This document shows positions 25,742 to 34,845 of a stretch of DNA of 64,000 nt, piece after piece. The DNA comes from Alphaproteobacteria bacterium UBA3773 (GTDB lineage Bacteria > Pseudomonadota > Alphaproteobacteria > RF32 > CAG-239), in contig DFFP01000009.1 of assembly GCA_002372275.1 (NCBI GenBank), forward strand, positions 5,833 through 69,832, written 5' to 3'. Below the pieces are notes generated by a model. That model was not told where the DNA came from and ran no database searches. It saw only the letters and a program-made list of their open reading frames with translations. Every line of letters starts with the position of its first letter. The stretch's first letter is position 1. Made by a program: the position numbers and the translations under genes.

Positions 25742-26832
25742 ATTTTTTCAAAGTTGATTCGGGGATCAACCAGAAAATACGTGATGTCGCTGATAAGTTT
25801 TAAGACAAGTCCTAAAAGCGCAAAAATGTAAAGTGTGCCGAAAATAACGGGATAATCGCGAGTCATAATGGCTTCATAGCCAAGTAAGCCTATACCATTG
25901 AGCGAAAACACAACTTCAATTAACACAGAGCCCGTGAAAAGCATCTTGATTAAAACGGACGGAAAGCCCGCAATAATAATCAGCATGGCATTTTTGAAAA
26001 TGTGTTTATATAAAATCGCTTTTTCAGATAAGCCTTTGGCTCTGGCCGTGACCACATACGGTTTTGAAATCTCATCTAAAAACGAATTTTTGGTCAGCAT
26101 CGTCAGGCCCGCAAATCCGCCGATTGAAATTGAAATAACGGGAAGCGTGATATGCCAAAAATAATCTTTTATTTTAGCAAACAGGGTCAGCGATTCAAAA
26201 TTATCGGAAGTCAGCCCGCGCAAAGGAAACCATTGAAGATATGTGCCGCCGGCTAAAAAGACAATTAAAAACACGGCAAACAAAAAGACAGGAATCGCCG
26301 AGCCGATTGTTAACACCAGTGTTGTCGTCAGATCAAAATTTGAGCCGTCTTTGAGCGCTTTTTTCACCCCAAGCGGGATTGAGATAAGGTAAATTAAAAG
26401 TGTGGACCAGAGCCCAAGCGAGATTGAAACGGGCAGGCGCTCGCCAATCAGCTCTAAAACGGTTTTATCCTGATAATAACTTTTGCCGAAATCAAAGCGC
26501 GCATAATCTTTAACCATTTTATAAAAGCGTGTGTACCATGGCTTGTCAAAGCCGAACTGCTTGTTGAGTTCATCAACTAAATCTTGTGGGACACCGCGTG
26601 CGCCTTGGTAGGTAGAGGAAGATTTTGAAGCACCGGCTGAAGGGGTAGATGTAAATTGTGCTTTGCTGTCGGTGTTCATGCCCTGATATTTGGCTAAAAT
26701 ATATTCAACCGGGCCACCGGGGGCAAATTGGATGATGGCAAAGTTGATAATCAAAATGCCAAGGAGCGTGACCGGAATGAGAAGAAGTCTTTTGATGATA
26801 TATGCACGCATGATTATTTTTCCTTTTCCCAC
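25738..26832 (-). CDS. yejB: ABC transporter permease, YejB-like (oligopeptide or microcin C family)
   Basis: 364 aa, six predicted transmembrane segments, BPD-transporter signature. Follows yejA. Confidence 0.8.
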   Translation of the reverse strand: MGKGKIIMRAYIIKRLLLIPVTLLGILIINFAIIQFAPGGPVEYILAKYQGMNTDSKAQFTSTPSAGASKSSSTYQGARGVPQDLVDELNKQFGFDKPWYTRFYKMVKDYARFDFGKSYYQDKTVLELIGERLPVSISLGLWSTLLIYLISIPLGVKKALKDGSNFDLTTTLVLTIGSAIPVFLFAVFLIVFLAGGTYLQWFPLRGLTSDNFESLTLFAKIKDYFWHITLPVISISIGGFAGLTMLTKNSFLDEISKPYVVTARAKGLSEKAILYKHIFKNAMLIIIAGFPSVLIKMLFTGSVLIEVVFSLNGIGLLGYEAIMTRDYPVIFGTLYIFALLGLVLKLISDITYFLVDPRINFEKI

Positions 26833-28649
26833 CAGGTGAGGGGTTGAAAACCGACTTTTTCATTTGTTTTTGGAATACCGAACTTGTTTTTATAGCCCAC
26901 TCTGTTGTTTTTCGAATACCACTGAAAAATCAGGTAATACTCGTGAAGAAGAACGCGATCAAGCGCTTTAACATAAGCCTCATATTCTTCTTTTTGATCG
27001 CTTGCGATGATTTTTTCAATCAGGCTGTCGACAACTTCATTTTTAATTCCCATAATGTTATAGCTGCCCGGGGTATCGGCAGATTGACTGCCATAGAGTT
27101 CTTTGAGTTCATTTCCGGGCATGGCGCTTGTTCTGTATGACATAATTGCCATATCATAATCAAAATGGTCCATACGATTTTTGAAAACGTTGACCTCTAA
27201 ATTGCGAAAAGTCATCTTCACGCCGATTTTTTTCAAATTATCAATAAACGGGAGCATCACACGCGTAAATGTGTGCCCATTGGCCGAGTTGCTCAAAACC
27301 TCAACTTCAAAAGGAAGGCCTGTTTGAATGTTTGTCATCACCTCATTTTGAATTTCGTAACCTGCCAGGCGGAAGAGTTCCACAGCTTTTTTTAAGTTAT
27401 CTCTGATTTTTTTGGGGCTTGAGTTATCGGGGAGTTCAAAGGGCTCAACAAAAACAGTAGGATCCAGTTTATCTTGATAATGGCTTAAAATTTCTTTCTC
27501 GATTCCTTGAGGAAGCGCAGTGGCTTCCATACCGGTGTTTGTAAAATAACTATATAGTCTTGTGTAGGTATGATAAAAAAGTTTGTCATTTGCCCAGTCA
27601 AAATTAAAAGCTAAATCAAGAGCGCGGCGAATGCGTTTATCTTTGAATTTTTCTTTTCGGGTGTTGATGGCAAAAAATTGTAAAACAGCCGGATTGTTAT
27701 GTTCAAATTCTTGTTTAATTACACGACCGCTTGAAACCTGGTCGTTATTGTAGCCGGTGGCCCAAATTTTGGCGATATATTCTTCTCTTAAATCAATATT
27801 TCCGGAAAATAAGGCTTGTAAGGTCACGGTTGTGTCTTGATAATAATCAATGCGGATTTCATCAAAATTGAAAAAACCTTTGCGTGAGGGGAGATCTTTG
27901 GCCCAATAATTTTTGTTGCGCTCTAAAATAATGTATTTTCCGGCTTTGAAATCTTTGATTTTATAAGGCCCAGAACCAAGCGGAATTTGAAGCGACGGTT
28001 TGGAAAAATCTCTATTCTCCCAATCTTTTTTCGGAAAAATTTTAAATTCGGTTAAAATCAAAGGAAGCTCTCTGTTTTTTACCATGGGGTCAAAATAAAA
28101 ACGAACGATGTGATCTGAAATTTTTTTCACATCTTTAATGTCGGCAAAATAAATTTTATAAATCGGGGCGCCTTTTTCAAGCAGAATATTAAAACTGAAT
28201 ATTACATCATCTGCCAAAATCGGGCTACCATCTTCAAAAACGGCTTTTTCATTTAAGATAAAATCAATATGGTCTTCTTTTAAATCAAAAGCCTTGGCAA
28301 TTAACGGGTAGGCAACCGAAATGTCATCAGAAGGTGTTACGGCTAAACTGTCCCATATCAGATTTGCAACCGTGCTTGAAGCTGTGCCTTTGAAAATGTA
28401 AGGGTTAAAATTATCAAATCCGCCGTATTCAGGCATGACCAGTCTGCCGCCTTTGGGGGCGTTCTCATTGACATATGAAAATGATTGAAAATTATCCGGA
28501 TATTTGGCGGCTCCATATAACGCGAGCTTATAATCTTTGGCCGATAAAACACATGGCTCTAAAAGCAGGCATAAAACAAATATGAGATACTTAATCTTTC
28601 GAAACATCTGTCCAACCGTTAAAAGGATAAGCCAAATTTTCATTATCAT
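26814..28649 (-). CDS. yejA: ABC transporter periplasmic substrate-binding protein, family 5 (YejA-like)
   Basis: 611 aa, signal peptide, SBP_bac_5 architecture. Confidence 0.8.
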   Translation of the reverse strand: MIMKIWLILLTVGQMFRKIKYLIFVLCLLLEPCVLSAKDYKLALYGAAKYPDNFQSFSYVNENAPKGGRLVMPEYGGFDNFNPYIFKGTASSTVANLIWDSLAVTPSDDISVAYPLIAKAFDLKEDHIDFILNEKAVFEDGSPILADDVIFSFNILLEKGAPIYKIYFADIKDVKKISDHIVRFYFDPMVKNRELPLILTEFKIFPKKDWENRDFSKPSLQIPLGSGPYKIKDFKAGKYIILERNKNYWAKDLPSRKGFFNFDEIRIDYYQDTTVTLQALFSGNIDLREEYIAKIWATGYNNDQVSSGRVIKQEFEHNNPAVLQFFAINTRKEKFKDKRIRRALDLAFNFDWANDKLFYHTYTRLYSYFTNTGMEATALPQGIEKEILSHYQDKLDPTVFVEPFELPDNSSPKKIRDNLKKAVELFRLAGYEIQNEVMTNIQTGLPFEVEVLSNSANGHTFTRVMLPFIDNLKKIGVKMTFRNLEVNVFKNRMDHFDYDMAIMSYRTSAMPGNELKELYGSQSADTPGSYNIMGIKNEVVDSLIEKIIASDQKEEYEAYVKALDRVLLHEYYLIFQWYSKNNRVGYKNKFGIPKTNEKVGFQPLTWWEKEK

Positions 28650-29781
28650 CGTCGTTCGGATCGTCTGTTGTCGGCGTTTCTTCTAAAAAGGCTTTGAGGC
28701 TTTTCTCTTGGTGGGATTGTAACTCTTGAGAAGAAAAAGCCTTTTCATCATCAAAGGGTGTTTGCGAAATTTGAAGCCGAGGCTCATCTGAATTTTCGAT
28801 ACTTTGGGCGTTTAGATGCGGCTCGTTTTCATTCGTTTCGGCCATACGTTGTTTGAGGGTTGAAAAAAAAGCATCGTCATCTGTTTCGGGCGAAAAGGTG
28901 CTTTTTTGTTTTTCTTTGACAGGACGTTTGGCAAGTGTGGATAATTTTTTAAATACGGAAACCGGTGCTTCGTCGGTTGGGGCTTTGATGGCACTTATTT
29001 CGGCTGAAATTTCAGCTGCCTCTGCCGTTTCGGTTTGTAGAGCAATTTCTTCTTTGTTTTCTTCTTCTTTTTGAAGAACAGGTGCGGTCAATTCTGAAAC
29101 AACCGGGGCAAACATGGAATAAACCTTTCCCATCACACCTGTTTCTAAAATGGTGATAAATACGCGCTCGCGGTCATGTTGCTCAAGCAGATTTGATAAG
29201 TTTTGATAGCGCGAGCAAAACTCCAAAAGTGTTCCCTTAAAAACAGGGTCGCGTCCGGCTTTGTCTTTGAGATAGGTTTCAAAATTTTCGCGTGAATTGG
29301 CATTTTCGATAAAAGCTTTGGCAATACTCCAACGTTCGCCGTTTTTAACACGTTTCCACAGTTCGTCGATTTTAAGGGATGACGCTGTGTTTGAACGCTG
29401 AGCAATGTCGGCCAAAATTTCGTTCATATCGGCCACAAAAACATCAAATTTGCTCACAACAAATCCGTCTTTAATTTCGTGCTCGGCATCTAACATCACA
29501 CGAACCACTAAATCGGTGTAATCTTGATTTTTTTTCATTTGAGCAAAAAGTTGTTCGAGGCGCTTATTTGTTTCTTTGCTCTTAAAGTATTGATTGATGC
29601 TTGTAAAAATCTGCCACATCAGCCAAATCGGAAGCACAACAAGCCCTGCATAAAGCGCAAGTGTATATGCATCGACAGATGTGACATCAACCATGGAAAA
29701 ACGATTGTGAATAAATATTCCGACATAAATCAGCCACAAAAGTGACGAAAACATGGAAGCAAAAAATAAAAATGTGAGCAA
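28591..29781 (-). CDS. Membrane-anchored protein with an acidic C-terminal tail, hypothetical
   Basis: Two N-terminal transmembrane segments and a long Asp/Glu-rich C-terminus. Overlaps the yejA start by 59 nt. Confidence 0.45.
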   Translation of the reverse strand: MLTFLFFASMFSSLLWLIYVGIFIHNRFSMVDVTSVDAYTLALYAGLVVLPIWLMWQIFTSINQYFKSKETNKRLEQLFAQMKKNQDYTDLVVRVMLDAEHEIKDGFVVSKFDVFVADMNEILADIAQRSNTASSLKIDELWKRVKNGERWSIAKAFIENANSRENFETYLKDKAGRDPVFKGTLLEFCSRYQNLSNLLEQHDRERVFITILETGVMGKVYSMFAPVVSELTAPVLQKEEENKEEIALQTETAEAAEISAEISAIKAPTDEAPVSVFKKLSTLAKRPVKEKQKSTFSPETDDDAFFSTLKQRMAETNENEPHLNAQSIENSDEPRLQISQTPFDDEKAFSSQELQSHQEKSLKAFLEETPTTDDPNDDDNENLAYPFNGWTDVSKD

Positions 29782-29949
29782 GGAATGTCTCCAAAAAAAT
29801 CAAGATATAAACACCGATATGCTACATAATTTTATGTTTGTTTTCAACTTCGAGAATAAAAAAATCAACAGATAAGAAAATAAAACTGTTTTTTTCTTTT
29901 AAATGATGGTATGAAAAAAAGAACTTTGATAATTTAAAAAGGCAGATTT

Positions 29950-30948
29950 ATGGCTGAAGAAATCTCTAATGTGGTTCTTGATTTTGAACAAGAAATTGTG
30001 ACGGTTGAAGAAAAAATCGCACATCTTGAAGAACTTTCAAAAACAGAAGATATTGATGTTGCAAAAGAAATTAAGCGCTTAAAAACAAAGTTGAACCGCT
30101 TGCTCGGTGAAGTTTATCAGAACTTAACACCTTGGCAAAAAGCGCAAATTGCACGTCACCCGAATCGTCCGCATACGCTTGATTATATTGAGGCTTTGAT
30201 TGAAGATTTTGTGCCGCTTGCAGGTGACAGATGTTTTGCAGATGACGAGGCGATGATTGCCGGAATCGGAAAATTTGAGGGTATATCTGTTGTCGTTATC
30301 GGGCAAGAAAAAGGCTTTGATATGGCAACGCGTATGAAGCACAATTTCGGAATGGCCAGACCGGAAGGTTATCGAAAAGCACAAAGGTTGATGGATTTGG
30401 CCTCTCGTATGAATTTGCCTATTTTAACCTTTGTGGATACGGCAGGTGCGTATCCGGGGGTAGATGCCGAAGAAAGAGGACAGGCTGAAGCTATTGCCAA
30501 AACAATTGAAAAAAGTTTTCAAATTAAAACGCCGATTATTTCGACAATTATCGGTGAGGGCGGTTCCGGCGGGGCAATTGCCATTGCAACGGCAAATGTG
30601 GTTTTAATGCTCGAAAATTCAATTTATTCGGTGATTTCGCCTGAAGGATGTGCCTCTATTTTATGGCGTTCGGTGGATAAAGTCCAAGAAGCAACCGAAG
30701 CCCTCAAATTAACGGCAAATGACTTGAAAAAACTTAAAGTCATTGATGAAATTATTGCAGAACCCATCGGTGGGGCGCATCGAAATAGAAAAGCCGTGTT
30801 TGACAATTTAAGAGAAGCCATACGAAAGTATTTGAAAGAATTGCTTGCATTAACGCCTGCTGATTTAAAGAAAAAACGCAGCGAAAAATTTTTGGAAATG
30901 ACGCGTAACTTAAAACCAGCCACACCAACCCAGAAGAAAAAGAAATAG
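29950..30948 (+). CDS. accA: Acetyl-CoA carboxylase carboxyltransferase alpha subunit
   Basis: Whole-length AccA pattern (FVDTAGAYPGVDAEERGQAEAIA, GEGGSGGALA). Confidence 0.9.
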   Translation: MAEEISNVVLDFEQEIVTVEEKIAHLEELSKTEDIDVAKEIKRLKTKLNRLLGEVYQNLTPWQKAQIARHPNRPHTLDYIEALIEDFVPLAGDRCFADDEAMIAGIGKFEGISVVVIGQEKGFDMATRMKHNFGMARPEGYRKAQRLMDLASRMNLPILTFVDTAGAYPGVDAEERGQAEAIAKTIEKSFQIKTPIISTIIGEGGSGGAIAIATANVVLMLENSIYSVISPEGCASILWRSVDKVQEATEALKLTANDLKKLKVIDEIIAEPIGGAHRNRKAVFDNLREAIRKYLKELLALTPADLKKKRSEKFLEMTRNLKPATPTQKKKK

Positions 30949-30951
30949 GCT

Positions 30952-31809
30952 TTAACGATATTTTATCGAAAATGTGTTTTTACCTTCGGTGACGGCCGTT
31001 GCTTCATCAACACGATAGATGCGGCGTTTGGATCCATCGGCCATGAATGAACCTAAGAAATTTCCGTCTCCATCATATTTTTTATAGTCACCATTTGCTA
31101 AATACTTGTAGGAATAAGTCTTTTTGCCGTTTTCATCCCATATTTCTATTGGATTTCCGTTATTATCATACCCAATATAATATTCATAAGTTACGTTAGT
31201 ATTTCTGTTCTTTATCATGCTTTGACATTTTTGTATATCACCGCGACATTTGACTTGAATATGTTCAGGAAAACCCCAATTATTAGAATCATTACCATTA
31301 ATAAAACGTTCTATCGTATAATTCATATTATCAGATGCGGTTATAATTAATGTATGGGAGTTCGTCATTCCTAAAGGCATATATACTGTTTGTTCAGAAG
31401 TATTAGGAGAAACTTCAATGGTTCCGAAATTATTATCCCAAATTACAGGCAAATAGTTGCCCCACGTGGTGTGAACAAAGGTACTTGGAATTTTGAGTAT
31501 ACCATCACTGGTTCCCCAACCCATAGTAAATCCAACTGTAGCTCCCGTAATTCCTTCATTAATAATGAGATTTTTTACCAGCATTCCTTTTTTTTGCATA
31601 TATTCAAAAAAATCGTAACCTCCACCTCCGTTCGCTCGTGCTCCTGTTATATCACCGGTGCCGGAAAAGGTCATAGTATAAGTTTCCGAATCATATTCAT
31701 AAGTGCAAGTCCCGTGACATTCTGATCCGGTATATTTTTCTGCCCATGTATTTGCTGTCAATATGCTGTAACATAAAGAACATGATGCCAATAAAATAAA
31801 CTTTTTCAT
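30952..31809 (-). CDS. Secreted protein, paralog of 18454..19176
   Basis: Signal peptide. GSECHGTCTYEYDSETY N-terminal motif and C-terminal KRRIYRVDEA...KNTFSIKYR. Confidence 0.7.
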   Translation of the reverse strand: MKKFILLASCSLCYSILTANTWAEKYTGSECHGTCTYEYDSETYTMTFSGTGDITGARANGGGGYDFFEYMQKKGMLVKNLIINEGITGATVGFTMGWGTSDGILKIPSTFVHTTWGNYLPVIWDNNFGTIEVSPNTSEQTVYMPLGMTNSHTLIITASDNMNYTIERFINGNDSNNWGFPEHIQVKCRGDIQKCQSMIKNRNTNVTYEYYIGYDNNGNPIEIWDENGKKTYSYKYLANGDYKKYDGDGNFLGSFMADGSKRRIYRVDEATAVTEGKNTFSIKYR

Positions 31810-32150
31810 GAGTGTTCTCCTTATATTTTTCTGAGATTCCGAAACAAGTTCGGAATGACAATAGAGTTAAAAAAACCGCCCAATCAGGCGGTCGGAGAGT
31901 TGAACAATCATGTTAGGTGAAATGACTCTTTTGGCCTTTAGGAATACCTTGTACATTCGCCAAAAGCTCCCCGACCAACTGGATATCGGGGATAAATATG
32001 CATTCCTTTTAAAAATAAAAAGGACAGCACATATTGCAGTGTTATCCGGCACTGCACCTAACAAAGAGCTGTTCAAAGCTCCGCGCCTTATTTCAGGCAC
32101 TTGATATATTTCTATACCATGTCATCATATTAACATTTTTTATAAAAAAT
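31810..32150 (-). promoter_or_regulatory. Long structured leader with an intrinsic terminator about 60 nt upstream of the start of 30952..31809
   Basis: Minus-strand promoter TTTACA-N17-TAATAT (about 32140..32110). Stem-loops gcagtg/cactgc, ccccga/tcgggg and cttttggc/gccaaaag. Terminator ccgcctgattgggcgg plus a T7 run at about 31870..31895, then a further hairpin before the RBS. Confidence 0.5.
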
Positions 32151-32205
32151 GTAAAGAAAAAAACCGTCTTGTGTGTGGCAAGGCGGTTTTTTTAGTTTTA
32201 AGAGG

Positions 32206-32409
32206 TTATAAAATTTCGATATTTCCGGCAGCAATACGTCCGCGGTCATCATATGGTTCATAACTGACGCGTTGGCCGTCAATTAAGCGTCTTAAACCCT
32301 TTTCTTCAAGTTTTGTGATATGCACAAAAATGTCTTTGCCTCCTTTTTCAGGTTCAATAAAACCATATCCTTTGCGCGTATTAAACCATTTTACAGTTCC
32401 GGTCGTCAT
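32206..32409 (-). CDS. cspA: Cold-shock protein (CspA family)
   Basis: GTVKWFNTRKGYGFI RNP1-like motif. Bidirectional terminator downstream. Confidence 0.9.
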   Translation of the reverse strand: MTTGTVKWFNTRKGYGFIEPEKGGKDIFVHITKLEEKGLRRLIDGQRVSYEPYDDRGRIAAGNIEIL

Positions 32410-32538
32410 CAATGTTCCTTTCATTTAAGTTGAAGTTGATTTAAGTTTGCGGATAACCGCTCTTTCGTCACGGTTTAAATATATATCCGCTTTCATAAAA
32501 ATCAACTAAAAAGTTTAATGATATAAAATAGTATATTA

Positions 32539-32853
32539 TTAGTTGTGTATAACTTCAGAAAAGTTGTATATTTGAGTGAGTTTTTCAATATATGCGCGCC
32601 GTGAGGCTTTGAGGTGCTTTTGATAAAATGTTTCTTTCAAGATTTTTAAAATGGGCTCTTTTTCGTTTGTTTTATGTGCCGCGATGGCGCATAAATAATA
32701 AACGGCAGCTTCAAAAACGGCATCTTGCGGACTTTTAAGATCGCGTGCGATGAGAAGATAAGTCGGGGTATACCCAGACTGATTTTGTTCAACTTGAACA
32801 GTGGATTGTTGTTCTTTTAGAAAACAGATTTTTTTTATAAAATTTTCAAACAT
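32539..32853 (-). CDS. Hypothetical protein (104 aa)
   Basis: ORF only. Confidence 0.35.
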   Translation of the reverse strand: MFENFIKKICFLKEQQSTVQVEQNQSGYTPTYLLIARDLKSPQDAVFEAAVYYLCAIAAHKTNEKEPILKILKETFYQKHLKASRRAYIEKLTQIYNFSEVIHN

Positions 32854-32976
32854 GGAACCTCTCTTGTTTTGATTTAATTTAATATTCTAAAATTTGTTTG
32901 ACAAGAAAAAAACTTGATATTCAGTCGAATTTATGCAATTATAAATTATGTACTTATATGGTGAAAGAAAATAAAT

Positions 32977-34341
32977 ATGGTGAAAAATGTAGATGATTAT
33001 GTTAAGCGTTTTCAAAAATATATACCTGATAAATTTGAGGGTGATCGCGCTGAGCTTTTAATGGAATCAAGTTATGTCAAAGAAGATTACATTGCAGATC
33101 AAAAGTTAAAGATAAAACAAGAATTATCGGCATATGGTATTACAAGCGGGCAAGAACAGGGTGTGCCGGAATATAGCAACAGTAAAGCCAAATTTGTTTG
33201 GGAATCATTGAAGGTGAGGGATGTCATAAATTCTAATCAAGATGTTATTGAATATATGATGAATAATAAGTACTGGCGATCAGTTGCTGCTCATTCTATT
33301 GCGGCGACCGGCTTAAGAGATGGGTATAGACATCCTCTTGATATTATAAAGCAAGTCGGATCAAATTTATGGCATCAAAATGGATTTAAGGAAGATAAGC
33401 GTATCAAGGCAGATAAAATTTATGATCAAGCCCGTTACGATGAAAAGTATTTGATTGATTATGAAAATACTGTTCGCTTGATGGATTATTACAATTTTTA
33501 TAACGGTATTCCTCAAGAATTTAATACTTTAGATGTAAGTGCTTGGCGACCGCAGAATATTGCTCCAGACAATGATAAAGCGGATTTTTATAAAGATAAC
33601 AATATCAGTTCTACATTAAAAGAAAATTTATCAACAGTTTTGCTGAAATGTAAGGAAACTATGGAGAATCAGCCGCTTGATGCAAATAAAAACGAAGAAA
33701 AAGTTGTTAAAGGCCTTGCAACAGATATTATTGCCGAAGCATTATATTCTCAAAAATATAACGGAGCGACAGGTTGGGATTTATATACAAAATTAAATGA
33801 GCATGAGTTAAACACCGTTGGCGATCAACTCGGTCATTATTCTTTAAGCATCGGTCGTGATGAAAGAGGTTGTTATCTTTCATATTATGATAACTGGAAC
33901 CTCTCATTTGATGAGGCATGCACAGGTCAAAGAGTGTCGGAAGATAAAAACTTAGAGTGGGGCACACCGATGGAAATTTATGATCGAATTTATTTTGATC
34001 CGAAGACTTTACAGCCAATTGATGTCAGATCTCCGTTAGATATTGCCGAAGAAAGACATGAAAAAATACTTGCAGCATTAATTGAGTATGACAAAAAGTA
34101 TAGAAATGATATTAATTATGCGATGGAAAAGGAAAGCACGACATTAGCAGTCGATACGCCAGACAGAATGAAATTGGATATGGCCAGATATCAACAATTT
34201 ATTGATACAAGAACAGATTATCTTGAGGCGAATCTGTCTGAACTTAAACAAGAAAATTTAACAACAAATGAGCGAACAGAAGAACATGCTGCGGCTTCAA
34301 CGCCCGATGCTCGGACTTTTAAGCAATATTCCGGTCGATAA
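32977..34341 (+). CDS. Hypothetical protein (454 aa)
   Basis: Long ORF with no recognisable motif. Lies directly upstream of tRNA-Gln. Confidence 0.45.
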   Translation: MVKNVDDYVKRFQKYIPDKFEGDRAELLMESSYVKEDYIADQKLKIKQELSAYGITSGQEQGVPEYSNSKAKFVWESLKVRDVINSNQDVIEYMMNNKYWRSVAAHSIAATGLRDGYRHPLDIIKQVGSNLWHQNGFKEDKRIKADKIYDQARYDEKYLIDYENTVRLMDYYNFYNGIPQEFNTLDVSAWRPQNIAPDNDKADFYKDNNISSTLKENLSTVLLKCKETMENQPLDANKNEEKVVKGLATDIIAEALYSQKYNGATGWDLYTKLNEHELNTVGDQLGHYSLSIGRDERGCYLSYYDNWNLSFDEACTGQRVSEDKNLEWGTPMEIYDRIYFDPKTLQPIDVRSPLDIAEERHEKILAALIEYDKKYRNDINYAMEKESTTLAVDTPDRMKLDMARYQQFIDTRTDYLEANLSELKQENLTTNERTEEHAAASTPDARTFKQYSGR

Positions 34342-34437
34342 AGACAACAAAAAGGATCAAACACATCAGGTTTTGAGGAGAAAAAAGATTTGACTTTGAG
34401 TAAAAAAAAGCGTATATACTTGAGCGAGTTCGTTTGA

Positions 34438-34511
34438 TGCTTCATCGTCTAATGGTAGGACAGCGGATTCTGACTCCGTCAATATTGGTTCGAGTCCAGT
34501 TGAAGCAGCCA
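34438..34511 (+). tRNA. tRNA-Gln (anticodon CTG)
   Basis: TGCTTCATCGTCTAATGGTAGGACAGCGGATTCTGACTCCGTCAATATTGGTTCGAGTCCAGTTGAAGCAGCCA. Acceptor stem TGCTTCA/TGAAGCA, anticodon loop TTCTGAC, CCA end. Confidence 0.9.
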
Positions 34512-34750
34512 ATAAAAAAAAGCACCCTTGCGGTGCTTTTTTTGTTGGCTATTTCAATATGGGTGAAGAACCAATGGTTCGGAGCGGATAGTAGGTGAAA
34601 ACAAGCTTAAAAAGCGCCGTTTGAACCTTACGACGCGAGGAGGACCCGCTTGCGGGAGTACCCAGTCCAGTTGAAGCAGAGGGTAAAAAAAGCACCCTTT
34701 GAGGTGCTTTTTTTGTTGGCTATTTCAATATGGGTGAAGAACCAATAGGT
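34493..34750. repeat. Two-copy direct repeat (about 86 bp, period 171 bp) containing the last 16 nt of tRNA-Gln plus its terminator
   Basis: 34493..34578 aligns with 34664..34750 at about 90% identity. Copy 2 carries agtccagttgaagcag and then its own terminator hairpin. Confidence 0.85.
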
Positions 34751-34845
34751 TTGAATTTCAGAGAAAAAAACTTGACAGAAAAACAAAAGAAAGTAAAATA
34801 AAGTGAAATAAAGGTTCAGAAAAAGGTACATAAAGGGCTCTTAGC

